Positions 1-14,900 of a stretch of 64,000 nt of DNA are shown piece by piece. The notes under the pieces are model-generated. The model had not been told where the DNA came from, searched no databases, and saw only the letters and a program-made list of their open reading frames with translations. Positions within the stretch are counted from its first letter, which is position 1; every line of letters begins with the position of its first letter. The position numbers and the translations under genes were made by a program. This stretch comes from Vicugna vicugna. Its lineage: Eukaryota. The stretch lies in assembly GCA_013265495.1 (NCBI GenBank), contig MU057951.1:283599-347598 (forward strand), in the 5' to 3' direction.

Positions 1-2021
1 TGGATAATAAAGCAAGAACCTTCAATATGCTGCATACAAGAGATCCACTTTAGGGAGAAGGACACATATAGATTGAGAGTGAGAGAATGGAAAAGGATAT
101 TCCATGCACATGGTAAAGCCAAAAAAGCAGGTGTTGCAGTACTGATTTCAGACAAAATAGACTTTAAAACAAAGGCCATAAAGAAAGATAAAGAAGGACA
201 TTTTATAATGGTTAAAGGAGTGGTACAAGATGAAGATATTACACTCCTTAATATTTATGCACCCAATATAGGAACACCTAAGTACATACAAGAATTACTA
301 AAAGAGATAAATGGGGATATTGATGGGAATACAATCATAATTGGAGATTTTAACACTGCATTAACATCACTAGTCAGATCTTCCAGACAGAAAATAAACA
401 AGGCAACAGAGAAATTAAATACTACAATAGAAAAACTAGATTTGGTGGATATTTTCAGAGCTTTACACCTCCAAAAAAAAGAATATACATTCTTTTCAAG
501 TGCACATGGAACATTTTCCAGGATCGATCATGTACTTGGACACAAAAGAAACCTCAACAAATTTAAGAAGAAAGAAATTATCTCAAGCATCTTTACTGAC
601 CACAATGCCATGAAACTGGAAATCAACAACAGAGAAACAAAGGAGAAAAAAAGAAAAGCATGGAGATTAAACAGTATGTTATTGAAAAAATAATGGATCA
701 GTGAGGAAGTCAAAGCTGAAATTAAAAAATACCTTGAGTCAAATGATAATGAAAGCACTACCACTCAAAACCTATGGGACACAGAAAAGGCAGTGCTAAG
801 AGGGAAGATTATAGCGATACAGGCCTTCCTCAAAAAAGAAGAACAATCTCAAATAAACAAGTTAAACCACCACCTGAATCAATTAGAAAAAGAAGAACAA
901 AAAGCACCAAAAAGCAGCAGAAGGAAGGAAATAATAAAGGTCAGAGAGGAATTAAATACAAAAGAGATTAACAAGAAAATAGAAAAAATCAACCAAACCA
1001 AAAGCTGGTTTCTTGAAAAATTAAATAAAATCGACAAACCTCTGGCCAAACTCACAAAGAAGAAAAAAGAGAGAGCACAAATTAGCAAAATAAGAAAGGA
1101 AAATGGAGAAATTACAACAAACAAAATAGAAATACAGAATATCATACGAGAATATTATGAAAAACTACATGGAACCAAACTGGATAACCTAGAGGAGATG
1201 GACAAGTTTCTGGAAACATACTGTCCACCAAAACTGAATCAAGAAGAAACTGAACACTTGAACAATCCGATCACTAGAAAGGAAATAGAAATAGCAATTA
1301 AAAACCTCCCTACAAATAAAAGTCCAGGACCGGACGGCTTCACCGGGGAATTCTACCAAACATACAAAGAAGAACTCATACCAGTCCTTCTCAAACTCTT
1401 CCAGACGATTGAAAAGGAGGGAATACTCCCAAACTCATTCTATGAAGCCACCATCACCCTGATACCAAAACCAGGCAAAGACACTACAAAAAAAGAGAAT
1501 TATAGGCCAATATCACTGATGAACATAGACGCCAAAATCCTCACCAAAATTTTAGCAAATACAATGCAACAACACATAAAAAAGATTATACATCATGACC
1601 AAGTGGGGTTCATCCCAGGGACACAAGCCTGGATCAACATACGCAAATGAATCAATGTAATACATCACATCAATAAGAGAAAGGACAAAAACCACATGAT
1701 CATCTCAATCGATGCAAAAAAGCATTTGATAAAATTCAACACCCATTTATGATAAAAACTCTCGCCAAAGTGGGTACAGATGGAACATATCTCAACATAA
1801 TAAAAGCTATATATGACAAACATATAGCCAGCATAGTTCTCAACGGTGAAAAACTCAAATGCTTCCCACTAAATCTGGGACAAGGAAAGGATGCCCACTA
1901 TCACCACTCCTATTCAATATAGACTTGGAAGTCCTAGTCACAGCAATCAGGCAAGAGAAAAAAATAAAAGGGATCCAAATTGGAAAAGAAGAGGTAAAAG
2001 TGTCATTATATGCTGACGACA

Positions 2022-2505
2022 NNNNNNNNNNNNNNNNNNNNNNNNNNNNNNNNNNNNNNNNNNNNNNNNNNNNNNNNNNNNNNNNNNNNNNNNNNNNNNN
2101 NNNNNNNNNNNNNNNNNNNNNNNNNNNNNNNNNNNNNNNNNNNNNNNNNNNNNNNNNNNNNNNNNNNNNNNNNNNNNNNNNNNNNNNNNNNNNNNNNNNN
2201 NNNNNNNNNNNNNNNNNNNNNNNNNNNNNNNNNNNNNNNNNNNNNNNNNNNNNNNNNNNNNNNNNNNNNNNNNNNNNNNNNNNNNNNNNNNNNNNNNNNN
2301 NNNNNNNNNNNNNNNNNNNNNNNNNNNNNNNNNNNNNNNNNNNNNNNNNNNNNNNNNNNNNNNNNNNNNNNNNNNNNNNNNNNNNNNNNNNNNNNNNNNN
2401 NNNNNNNNNNNNNNNNNNNNNNNNNNNNNNNNNNNNNNNNNNNNNNNNNNNNNNNNNNNNNNNNNNNNNNNNNNNNNNNNNNNNNNNNNNNNNNNNNNNN
2501 NNNNN
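2022..2505. other. Assembly gap (N run)
   Basis: Run of n. Confidence 1.
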
Positions 2506-2631
2506 TACTATAGAGGTCATCAAGACAGCATGGTATTGGTACCAAAACAGACATATAGACCATTGGAACAGAATAGAGAGCCCAGAAATGAACCCACAAA
2601 CTTTTGATCAACTAATCTTCGACAAGACAAA

Positions 2632-3475
2632 NNNNNNNNNNNNNNNNNNNNNNNNNNNNNNNNNNNNNNNNNNNNNNNNNNNNNNNNNNNNNNNNNNNNN
2701 NNNNNNNNNNNNNNNNNNNNNNNNNNNNNNNNNNNNNNNNNNNNNNNNNNNNNNNNNNNNNNNNNNNNNNNNNNNNNNNNNNNNNNNNNNNNNNNNNNNN
2801 NNNNNNNNNNNNNNNNNNNNNNNNNNNNNNNNNNNNNNNNNNNNNNNNNNNNNNNNNNNNNNNNNNNNNNNNNNNNNNNNNNNNNNNNNNNNNNNNNNNN
2901 NNNNNNNNNNNNNNNNNNNNNNNNNNNNNNNNNNNNNNNNNNNNNNNNNNNNNNNNNNNNNNNNNNNNNNNNNNNNNNNNNNNNNNNNNNNNNNNNNNNN
3001 NNNNNNNNNNNNNNNNNNNNNNNNNNNNNNNNNNNNNNNNNNNNNNNNNNNNNNNNNNNNNNNNNNNNNNNNNNNNNNNNNNNNNNNNNNNNNNNNNNNN
3101 NNNNNNNNNNNNNNNNNNNNNNNNNNNNNNNNNNNNNNNNNNNNNNNNNNNNNNNNNNNNNNNNNNNNNNNNNNNNNNNNNNNNNNNNNNNNNNNNNNNN
3201 NNNNNNNNNNNNNNNNNNNNNNNNNNNNNNNNNNNNNNNNNNNNNNNNNNNNNNNNNNNNNNNNNNNNNNNNNNNNNNNNNNNNNNNNNNNNNNNNNNNN
3301 NNNNNNNNNNNNNNNNNNNNNNNNNNNNNNNNNNNNNNNNNNNNNNNNNNNNNNNNNNNNNNNNNNNNNNNNNNNNNNNNNNNNNNNNNNNNNNNNNNNN
3401 NNNNNNNNNNNNNNNNNNNNNNNNNNNNNNNNNNNNNNNNNNNNNNNNNNNNNNNNNNNNNNNNNNNNNNNNNNN
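2632..3475. other. Assembly gap (N run)
   Basis: Run of n. Confidence 1.
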
Positions 3476-3897
3476 GAATGTCATTCTAAGTGAAGTAAGC
3501 CAGAAAGAGAAAGAAAAATACCATATGAGATCGCTCATATGTGGAATCTAAAAAACAAAAACAAACAAACAAACAAAAACAAAGCATAAATACAGGACAG
3601 ATATAGACTCATGGACAGAGAATACAGACTTGTTGTTACCGGTGGGGGGTAGAGGGTGGGAAGGGATAGACTGGGATTTCAAAATTGTAGAGTAGATAAA
3701 CAAGATTACACTGTATAGCACAGGGAAATATACACAAAATGTTTTGATAAATCACAGAGAAAAAATGTGACTATGAGTGTGTATATGTCCATGAATGACT
3801 GAAAAATTGTGCTGAACACTGGAATTTGACACAGCATTGTAAAATGATTATGAATCAATAAAAAATGTAAAAAAAATAAAATAAAATAAAAAAAAAT

Positions 3898-6800
3898 AGA
3901 TCCTCCTATATTGGATGCATATATGTTAATGAGTGTAATGCCCTCATCTTGTATTGCTCCTTCAATATTATATAGTGTCCTTATTTATCTTTCTTTATGT
4001 CCTTTTTTTTAAAGTCTATTTTGTCTGAAGTCAGTATTGCTACTCCTGCTTTCTTTTCATTTCTATTTGATGGAATATCTTTTTCCACCCTCTCAATTTC
4101 AATCTATGTGTGTCCTTCTCCCTAAAGTGGGTCTCTTGTATGCAGCATTTTGTAGGTTCTTCTTTCATTAACTAATCTGCCACTCTTTGTCTTTTGGACA
4201 TTGGAGCATTTAGCCCATTGACATTTACAATAATTAATGATAGATGTCTCTTTATTGCCATTTTTTTACATTTTTTATTGATTCATAATCATTTTACAGT
4301 GTTGTGTCAAATTCCAGTGTTCAGCACAATTTTTCAGTCATTCATGGACATATACACACTCATTGTCACATTTTTTTCTCTGTGATTTATCATAACATTT
4401 TGTGTGTATTTCCCTGTGCTATACAGTGTAATCTTGTTTATCTATTCTACAATTTTGAAATCCCACTCTCTCCCTTCCCACCCTCTACCCCCCCCGGTAA
4501 CCACAAGTCTGTATTCTCTGTCCATGAGTCTATTTCTGTCCTGTATTTATGCTTTGTTTTTGTTTGTTTTTGTTTTTTAGATTCCACATATGAGCGATCT
4601 CATATGGTATTTTTCTTTCTCTTTCTGGCTTACTTCACTTAGAATGACATTCTCTAGGAGCATCCATGTTGCTGCAAATGGCATTATGTTGTCGGTTTTT
4701 ATGGCTGAGTAGTATTCCATTGTATAAATATACCACCTCTTCTTTATCCAGTCACCTGTTGATGGACATTTAGGTTGTTTCCATGTTTTGGCTATTGTAA
4801 ATAGTGCTGCTATGAACATTGGGGTGCATGTGTCATCCTGAAGTAGATTTCCTTCTGGGTACAAGCCCAGGAGTGGGATTCCTGGGTCATATGGTAAGTC
4901 TATTCCTAGTCTTTATTGCCATTTTGAACGTAGTTTTGAAGTTGATTTGATATTTCCTCTTTGTTCCTCTCTTTTTATTTTTGTGGTTTGATAGTTTTAT
5001 TTTGTATCTCTTTTTGCTCTCATGAGTGTATTGTATGCTTTTGATTTGGGGTTACCCTGTTTTTCAAGTATATTAACACATTAGTATATCTGGTTGCTTT
5101 AAATGATTGTATATAAGCTCAAACACATCTTAAGACAAAAATAAAAAAGGAAAAGAAAGAAAAAATTTATTTTATTGCCCCTCTCCCACATTTAATGATT
5201 TTGATGTGCTCTTTTACATATTTATATTTATTCTGTTGCAACTTGATGTAGTTATCACCTTTCCAATTATGGTTTTCTCCTTTCTGTAGTATTCTGCTTC
5301 TTTTCTATTTATAGTAGAACTTTCAATATTTATCTTAACATAGGCTTAGTATTGTTGAATTCTTTTTGTTTTCACTTGTTTGTGAAATTCTTTACCTCTC
5401 TTTCTATTCTAAAGGATATCCTTGCTGGATTAAAGTATCCTAGATTGCAGCTTTTTCTCATTCAAAACTTTGAGTATATCTTGTCACTCTCTTCCGGTCA
5501 ACAATGTTTGTGTAGAGAAATCACCTGAAATCCTTATCAGGGTTCCCTTGTAACTAACTCTGTTTTTCTCTTGCTGTCTTTAGAATTATTTATTTGTCTT
5601 TAACCTTGGCCATCTTATTATAATATGTCTTGGTGTAGGTCTATTTGGGTTCTTCTTGTTTGGGACCCTCTGTGCTTCCTGTACTTAGATATCTGATTCC
5701 TTCTTTAGGTTTGGGAAATTTTTAGTCATAATTTCTTCACTTATGTTTTCAACTCCTTTTCTCTTTCTTCTCCTTCTGGGACTCCTATTATACATAAGTT
5801 GGCATGATTTATACCATTGGTCTCTTGTATTGCTTTTTTTGGTTTTTATCTACTTTTCTGTCTGCTGTTCTGTTTGGGTGACTTCTGTTATTCTGCCTTC
5901 TAAGTCACTTATTTGTTCCTCTGCATTGTCTAACCTGCTTTTGACTGCCTTTATATCGGTTCTTATCTCAGCCATTTAGTTTTCTGTTTTTAATTAGCTC
6001 CTCTTTATGGTTTCAATTTCCTTTTTTAAATATTCTGTTTCTACTCCTAGTGTCTTTTAGTTCCCTCAGTGCTTTGAACACACCATTTTTGAAGTCATGA
6101 TCTATGAGACTATTGAGGTCTATTTCATTGATGGTTCTTAAGGTTATTCCTCTTGTTCTTCTAATTGGGAGTATATTCTCTGCTTCTTAATTTTATTTAT
6201 ATCTCTCTGGCACTATAGATTATGGAGTATCAGCTATCTACTGTGGTATTTAAGAGATTTTTCTTTTTTTTTAAAGGGTATGTGATCCTCTGTAGACTGT
6301 GTTCCCCTAATAATTATGTTGCAAGGTCTGTTTCTAGTATGGATAGTTGTTTTATGTTAGTTCTGAGGCTTCCAAACTGTTTCTGAGCTGTAGTGCATAG
6401 CAGGTAGGATTGGAGCTCTTTAAGTGTTTTTTGTTGACTCTACCTTTGTCTTGGATTTAGCCATGGGAATGTTAATACACAGCTCTGCCTTCCCACAAGT
6501 TCTCTGTCTTCAGAGCTGTCAGTGCATTTCCACTGACTTCTGGGTTGCACACCTGGATTGTGGTGCACTATTCAGTTCAGCACCATCCCTAGTGCCAAAT
6601 GCTTCTTCTGCATTCGTCCCACTGCAAGAACTTCACTCACTCATCTTAGAGAACTGTGCTGGTAGGGCCACCAGCCCTCAGTGACTGCACATTTGTGCTA
6701 TTGTATCAGCACCATCACCAGCACCAAATGCACTCATTGTGTTGCACAAACTATGCTCACTCATTCTAGAGATCCATGGGTTGTGCCACTGAATCAGTAC

Positions 6801-7630
6801 CACCCCCAATGCCAAGTCCATGCAAGGCAAGCAGGTTTGCAGAAAAAGACTGCACTAGTCCTTGCCCCCACCCTGGGCTAGAAGTTCTGCCTATTAAGTT
6901 GCAGGGCCCCTGGGTATGGAGTTATGTTTTAGCCCTACCTCCTTCTGGGAAAAGCATACCAATGAATATGGTCACTATGGCTGAGCCCCACCTCTCTTCT
7001 CCTGAGAATATGCCAGCAATGTTGCTGTGGGCCTGTGGAGACAAAGGCTATGGTCCAGTCATGTTGTAATTTTCCCTCCAACATGCACCAGCAGTGTTGC
7101 TTTCTTTTGCTTTTGTTTTAAGGGGGACCCAGGACATTTTGCTCTGTATACACTCCCAGCCATGGTGCTTGAGGCTGCCTCTGTGCACTTGGCCCCAGTT
7201 CTCAGCATTTGGGCAGCCAGTCCAGGCCCATGCCCACTGGGTCATGTCTAGGGCTGGGGATTGAAGGGACACTTTGTGCCCATTTATCTTAGTGCTGTTG
7301 GCCAAGTGCTGCTGTGCACAGATCCAAGCTACAGAGATTCCCCTCCTTCTCCACTGACCTCTCCATTGGAGTAGGGGAGTCCCAGCAGAAGAGCACTAAT
7401 CCTCCTTTGCCACTCTCACAATTGGAAGGCCCCACACTAATTTCATTTTTCTTCTTTTTTCTCCTCCTACCAAATTTGTAATGAGTTTTGTCTTTTGAAG
7501 AAGAAGATGTTCTGTCAAATTTCAACAGGTGTTCTGAGTGAATGGGTGGATCCATGGATGTCTCTCTTCATGTACTCGTGGGAGAGGGTGAGCTAAAAGT
7601 GTCATTATACTCCACCATCTTGGCTGCTTC
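3898..7630 (-). mobile_element. Older LINE-1 5' half (5' UTR, ORF1, inter-ORF, start of ORF2), interrupted at 4265-4909
   Basis: Minus strand starts GGAAGCAGCCAAGATGG (YY1-type L1 start) near 7630. ORF1-like sequence at 5300-6200 and EN-like sequence at 3900-4200 resemble the minus-strand L1 at 45.7-47.6 kb. Confidence 0.88.
4265..4909 (-). mobile_element. 5'-truncated young LINE-1 3' end with 16-bp target-site duplication
   Basis: ORF2 C-terminus (ORF 4577-4864, [22 protein letters not shown]) plus 3' UTR. TSD tctttattgccatttt at 4249-4264 and 4910-4925. Confidence 0.95.
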
Positions 7631-7639
7631 CACACTGAG

Positions 7640-10064
7640 CAATTTTCGATCATAATACAGGTCAGCTCTAACATCTTGGGTCAGCTGTCAACTTCAAGTT
7701 CATCTTCTACTCAACCTGATATGGTTTTGCTGTCTTAGTCAAAGTCAGAAACAGGTGTTGCAGTTCATTCAGGAAAGGCCTGATATAGTCCCTTTGAACA
7801 TGGCTGCAAAGAGTTCTTTATATGATGTTTTCCCCAGTGTGCATAGTCTTCTGGTTGTAGGTCATATTGAATCCAATTTTTATCCAAAGTTAGATTATTG
7901 TGATAAATACCAGAAACAAAAAAGTATCCTTTTAATAACTAAATTTTACAAAGAAATATATGGAAATTGGGTTTTAGCCAGTAAATACAGACCTCAAACA
8001 ACAAAGCTAGAATTTATTTAAATACACTGAAACATTCTTTTTCTATCTATAATTATCCTCATTTCTACCAAATATAGACAAATTAAGACTAATTTGTTTC
8101 CAAATTAAGTCTAGTTAATTGACCCCATAGACTCTTTTATATTGGCTGTGCTGTTACCTTTCATAAGGAATCTTGGATTCAGCTTTGGAAACTCAAGGCC
8201 AGGAAAGCCATACCAGGAGAATATCATAGATTCCACCTGTGGTATCTATATATTTGGGGGATAGTTATGGGCATATGCCTCTCTTATTGAGATTCTCCAA
8301 ATTCTTTGAGTTCCTGCATCTATTAGGGGGTGGTCTTCTTTATATACCTTAGAAAACCTATGGAAACCTAAGAGTTTCCAAATTCTGGAGTTATCAGGTA
8401 GAGGGAAATATAAATGCTTCATTCCTACTTACAAACGTGTAATTTAGAGTTTTTCTTACATAGAGAAAACACAAATTTTAAAAAAGTAACATTTCAGGCA
8501 AAAATCAAAAATTATAACCACATTCACAAGTTTTTAGATGTTTCTTCAATTCAAAGGATCCATAGAGCTAACCTTACATACATTTTCCCCTGATAATTTG
8601 ATTTAAAAAAAATAGAAAAATATTTACTAAAGTTATTTTCAGTAGACCCTGCATGCACAGGTCCAGAAGACAGCTGACTTTAACAGCACACCTAAAATTG
8701 TTTTGGAGTGCCAACAGAAGCCCAGCTTGGCCATTTCATTGTCAATTTCCCTTAGTTCCAAATAAAGTACTTACAAGCATACATAAACATAGCTAGTATT
8801 CCATAGGTGACTGTTTGCTGGGGAGTTGTTTGGCCTTTGAGGTAAAATTTCCCAGTATTAATATTGTATCCTAATTTCAATATGAGATATGGTCTGAAAA
8901 ACTTTCTGAAGATAGTGTGGTGGATAGCACATGTGCTGCTTCTGAGTCTAGCTCCCCAGTGAATTATCCTTGGGTCTGTTCAACTTCTTTTATGTGACAT
9001 GGTTTCTCCCTATAACAACCTAAAACTGCCATGGGTGCTTGGAGAGCTAGGTTATTAGCCTCTGTGGCACTCCCTGGATGAGTACTATTTACTTAATGAT
9101 TGTAGTGGCATTCCCCTGTAGACTGCTGCACATCACAAGGCCTGATCCGCAGACATTTCTTCAAGGTCCTTGGTCACGTGATGATGCCTTGTACTCAGAA
9201 GGAGCAAATTGTCCCTTTATTATTTTGAGATGAATAATTTAGTTTCGCATTTTACTACCAAATGTTTTGTTCAGACCATATATCAACTCATTTTTTAACT
9301 TAAGCTAAATTGAACAAAAACTCAGCCACTTGTGTTTTTCACAGCCTCTTGTCCAGACCTCCCAGGTCCTGCCTAGGAAATGTACCAGTGCCCCTTAAGA
9401 CTCCAGGTCTTAAACCAAACGTGTATAAAAATTTTAAGACCATCACCTGAACAAAGCGATCTAAACATCAGGATAACTCATCAGAACAACTGAGGAGTAC
9501 CAAGAAGATGTTTGGGCTCAATGGGCCCAGGCTGTTACTGAGTACTGATTACAGATAAACCCCAGGTATCTTCTGGTGGGTGTCTCTGATATCTTGCTGG
9601 CTGCACCAAATATATGCCAATGAAACATTAGTCAGTAAATCAAAGAAAGAAATAGAAAATTTCATTTGAGACAAATTTGAAAATTATAACACAGGAAGAG
9701 CATTTCAGAAAGCTCTGAGAATTCTTCTGCCCATTAGAAGTCAAGGAACAGTTATATAAGATTTTTGGGGAGATAAATAGCTATAAAAAATGACATATTA
9801 TTGATAGTTTATGTAATCCAGATCTGAATAATGTGACCCCTTAGGAGATACAGAAGGAATGCTATCTTTCAGGAATTATCTTATTTGTTCTAGGAGAATG
9901 TTGCTCTTTATGGTCAAGCAAGTATTACTGCCAATTGGTAAGGTCTGGTTGGTGCACAATGCAGATACACAATGCACAGTGGGAAGAGATAAGAGACAAA
10001 AGGGCAGGAAAAATTATGTTTCAAATTTTCTTGTCTTGCTGTAAAATATAAATTTTATTTCACA
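7640..10064 (-). mobile_element. Degraded ERV: 5' LTR (about 9612-10064), primer-binding site and internal leader fragments
   Basis: Minus strand opens TGTGAAATAAAAT. Right after the LTR, TGGTGCAGCCAGCAAGAT (9591-9608) resembles a decayed tRNA-Ser PBS. The extent of the internal part is approximate. Confidence 0.6.
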
Positions 10065-11954
10065 TGTTTTACAACTTTTTTTAAACTCTGTCCCTTGTTG
10101 TCTTCTCTAGTTTCAGCATCCTCAAAAATCATTCCTTGAGTTGACTTCAGCTGAATTTTTCTATCTTTAATTACAACAGGAAAATGGAACATACTGGAGT
10201 TGGAGAGATTCCCTTCCCTCAGCTAGAATAAGATTCTGGCAAATTCAGATTCTATGGAGAGCAGGATGTCTTTTAAAATAAGACTTTATGGTAAGAGTTC
10301 ACAATAAAGGAGTAGGAAGACATGGAACTCACCCCCACACACACAAATCCACACAACACATCAAAAATTACATCTATGTGAGGAAAAATTCTCTCAGAAA
10401 ACCAACCGGAACCTGGCAGAAAATCTCTCATACAACCAAAGCTGCAAGAAAGGTCTCCACATAACCGAGTAGGACCAAACACACACACACACACACATTA
10501 GGACACGACTTTCACTCCTGGAAGGGAATTATAAAGAAAGATGTGTCCACATGAGCAAACTCTTGCTGTGTGAAATTCCCTAGTCTTCTAGGAGGCCCTC
10601 CAAGACAGAGAAGGCCCTCCAGGACAGATAGTCAGCTAGAAGGGCCTGAACTCTGATTTCAAGGAGTATGCACCTGCTAGCTTACTAGCAACAAGGACAG
10701 AGAAAAAACGGTGCTAATGTCTGCCGACTGGCCATGCTTCTGAACCAGAAATGTGTGCTGGATGGGGATGCTTGTATGCTCAGCAGCTAGGCACTGAAAT
10801 TGTGTTGTAGGGACCCTGGGAGAGGGTTTGGTCTAGCTGCATAGAGACAGCCAAGAGAGTATGGAATGTGGCCCAGGCCACCACTTTTAGAATGTGCAGG
10901 TTGTGACATGGGTCCAACATTGGAGCCCTACTGTCAGTGTCGATACAACACAGTACAGCTCCACAGGCAGTGGGCTTTGTGAGCACACACATGGAAGGGG
11001 CAGGGTTGATATCTGATCCCATTATAAGCCCTCCCACAACATGGGTGGGTCTAGCAGTGCTGGACTTTTTACTTCTTTTTGTACACAATGAATGGCAGGC
11101 AGTATCACAGATTAGGACATCTCAGACAGAAAGCCCCAGGGGAGGAATAAACAGTGGTTCCTTTCCTGACAGGATTGCTTTAGTTCTGATCAGTGCACAC
11201 TGAAGCTTGAGTCAGATCTGAGGTGGACAGGTCTGGGGAGAGTCCTACCCAAAAGGCAGCACAGATCTCAGTCAGCAGCACAAACACCTTGATTCCTGCA
11301 GTCACAAAACTTTGGCCTCCAGGGCCAGCCTAGTACTAGATCTAGAGTGAACAAAACAGAGAAAGGGTTGTGACCTTGGGCTGCGTCTGGGAAACCAAGA
11401 GATTCTTACATGGGCAGTGCATAGGTTCAATGTGACCATATATGTCTCACTTGCTTCAACACTCACATCCTTTGGGACAGAGCACACACTTAAGAGCGAT
11501 GGGTCCTTACTGAACCTGACTCTCAGGGCTTCTACACTAAGAAACTAGGGAAAAGATCTTATCTCCAATAAGTCTGTGACAACCACAGAGCAAAGAAGAG
11601 GTACTGTCCAAAATTCAGTGGAAACTCTGATCAGCACAACACTAATCACACCCATTATCAAGGGGATAACAGCCAGTATGTACTGAGGAAAGAAGAAACA
11701 GGTAACCCTACCAAAAACAGATCTCACACCAAAAATATTAGACACAAACTGTTTATACAGGGAGGCACCCAAATAAAAACAGCCCTTCATGACCACAGTG
11801 GATAACTATTTATTATAAATTCTAAAAGACACAGAAATTTATGTAAAATAAAAAGGAAAAAACTACTCCCAACTAAATAACAAAACAAATCCCCTGAAAG
11901 TAAAATGAATACACAAACAAACAAACAAATCTACCCCTCCAGTTTAAAACTCTC

Positions 11955-14900
11955 TTCTTAAATTATTTATTCAGTTATAGTCACTTTACAAATTTGTGTC
12001 AAACTACAGTGTAGAGCACAATTTTTCAGTTATACATGAACATACACATATTCATTGTCACATTGTTTTCACTGTGATCTACCACGAGATCTTGTATATA
12101 TTTCCCTGTGCTATAAAGCATAATCTTGTTTATCTACTGTATATATGCCTGTCAGTATCTACAAATTTTGAAACCTCAGTCTTTCCCTTCACATCCCCCG
12201 CCCCCTTGGCAACCAGAAGTTTGTATTTTAGATCTATGAGTCTGCTTCTGTTTTGTAATTATGTTCCTTTTATTTTTTTAATTCCACATATCAGTGATCT
12301 CATACGGTATTTTTCTTTCTCTTTCTAACTTACTTCACTTAGAATGACATTCTCCAGAAACATTCATATTTTTGCAAATGGCATTATTTTGTCAGTTTTT
12401 ATGGCTGAGTAGTATTCCATTATATAAATATACCACTTCTTTATCCAGTCATCTGTTGATGGACATGTAGGCTGTTTCCATGTCTTGGCTATTGTAAATA
12501 TTTCTGCTATGAACATTGGGGTGCAGGTGTCATCCTGAAGTAGGGTTCTTTCTGGATATATGCTCAGGAGTGAGATTACTAGGTGATATGGTAAGTCTAT
12601 TCTTAGTCCTTGAGAAATCTCCATATTGTTTTCCACAGTGACTGCACCAAACTGCATTCCCACCAGCAGTGTAGGAGGGTTCCCTTTTCTCCACAGCCTC
12701 TCCAGCACTTGTCATTTATGGATTTTTGAATGATGACCATTCTGCTTGGTGTGAGGTGATACCTCATTGTAGTTTTGATTTGCATTTATCTGATAATTAG
12801 TGATTTTGTGCAATTTTTTATGTGCCTATTGATCATTTGTATTTCTTCTTTGGAGAGTTGCTTGTTTAGGTCTTCTGCCGATTTTTGGAATGGGTTATTT
12901 GTTTCTTTCTTATTAACTCATATGAGCTGCTTATATATTCTGGAGAGCAAGCCTTTATCAGTTTCACCATTTGCAAAAATTTTCTCCCATTGCATAGGTT
13001 GTGGTTTTGTTTTGCTTATGGTTTCCTTTGTTGTGCAGAAGCCTGTAAGTTTCATTAGGTCTCATTTGTTTATTCTTGCTTTTATTTCTATTGCTTCGGT
13101 AGACTGCCCTATAAGAACAATTTTGAGATGTGAGATATTTTCCCTATATTTTCTTCTGAGAGTTTTATTGTATCCTGTCTTATGTTTAAGTCTTTGATCC
13201 ATTTAGAGTTTATTTTTGTGTATAGTGTAAGGGAGTGTTCTAGTTTCATTAATTTACCTGCTGCTGTCCAGTTTTCCCAACACCATTTGCTAAAGAGACT
13301 TTCTTTTTTCCATTGTATATTCTTGCCTCCTTGGTCGAAGTTTAGTTGACCAACAGTCTGTGGGTTCATGTCTGGGTTCTCTATTCTGTTCAATTGGTCC
13401 TAATGTCTGTTTTATACCAATACCATGTTGTCTTGATTATTGCTGCTCTATAGTATTGTCTAAAGTCTGGGAGAGTTATTCCTCCAGCCTCTTTCTTTTT
13501 CTTCAGTAATGCTTTGACAATTCTACATCTTTCATGGTTCCAAATAATTTTATTATGATTTGTTGTAGTTCTGTGAAATATGTCCTGGGTAATTTGATAG
13601 GGATTGCATTAAATCTGTAGATTGCTTTGGGTAATGTGACTATTTTAACAATATTGATTTTCCCAATCCAGAAGCATGGGATGTCTTTCGATTTTTTAAA
13701 GTCTTCTTTAATTTCCTTCATCAATGGTTTATAGTTCTCCTTGTATAAGTATTTCACCTACTTGATTAGATTTATTCCTAGGTATTTTATTACTTTGGGT
13801 GCTATTTTAAAGGGGATTGATTCTTTACTTTCTTTTCTGTTGATTCATCATTAGTGTAAAGAAATGCCAGTGATTTTTGAACATTAATCTTGTAATCTGC
13901 TAACTTGATGAATTCTTCGATCAGCTCTAGTAGTTTTTGTGTAGACATTTTAGGGTTTTCTATATATAGTAACATGTTGTCGGCATATAGTGACAATTTT
14001 ACCTCTTCTATTCCAATTTGGATCCCTTTTATTTCTCTCTCTTGCCTGATTAGTGTGGCTAAGGCTTTCAACACTATGTTGAATAGGAGTAGTGATAGTG
14101 GACAGCCTTGTGTTGTCCCAGATTTTAATGGGAACTTTTTGAGTTTTTCATTTTTGAGTACTATGCTGGCTGTAGGTTTGTGATATATAGCTTTTATTAT
14201 GTTGACATATGTTTCCTCTATACCCACTTTGGTGAGAGATTTTGTCATAAATGAGTGTTGAATTTTATCAAATGCTTTTTTTGCATATATTGAGATGATC
14301 ATGTGATTTTTGCCCTTTCTCTTGTTGATGTGATGTATTACATTGATTGATTTGCATATGTTGAACCACCCTTGTGTCCCTGGAAAGAACCCCAGTTGAT
14401 TGTGATGTATAATCTTTTTTACACGCTGTTGGATTTTATTTGCTAACGTTTTGGTGAGGATTTTTGAATCTATGTTCTTCAGTGGTATTGGCCTATAATT
14501 CTCTTTTTTGGCAGTTTCTTTGCCTGGTTTTTGTATCAGGGTGATGGCGGCTTCATAGAATTAGTTTGGGAGTATTCCCTCCTCTTCAATCTTCTGGAAG
14601 AGTTTGAGAAAAACTGGTATGAGTACTTCTTTTTATGTTTGGTAGAATTCCCCAGTGAAGCCGTCTGGTCCTGGACTTTTATTTGTAGGGAGGTTTTTTT
14701 TTATTGCTAATTCTATTTCATTTCTAGTGATCGGCTTGTTCAAGTGGTTAGCTTCTTCTTAATTCAGTCTTGGTGGACAATATGTTTCCAGAAACTTGTC
14801 CATCTCCTCTAGGTTATCCATTTTTTTATATAGTTTTTCATAATATTCTCATATGATATTCTGTATTTCTATGTTATTTGTTGTAATTTCTCCATTTTCC

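Larger units (their letters stand above)
1..3897 (+). mobile_element. LINE-1, ORF2 to 3' UTR and A-rich tail; inactive; spans two assembly gaps
   Basis: ORFs 73-693, 793-1650 and 1859- encode the endonuclease (GDFN), Z-domain (KSPGPDGF) and RT (GCPLSP, YADD) motifs. Stops at 691-693 and 1648-1650. A-rich tail about 3860-3897. Confidence 0.97.

Noticed and set aside
1859..3538. Long ORFs of 167-544 aa
   Set aside because: They are open only because they run through N gaps; the real parts are L1 ORF2.
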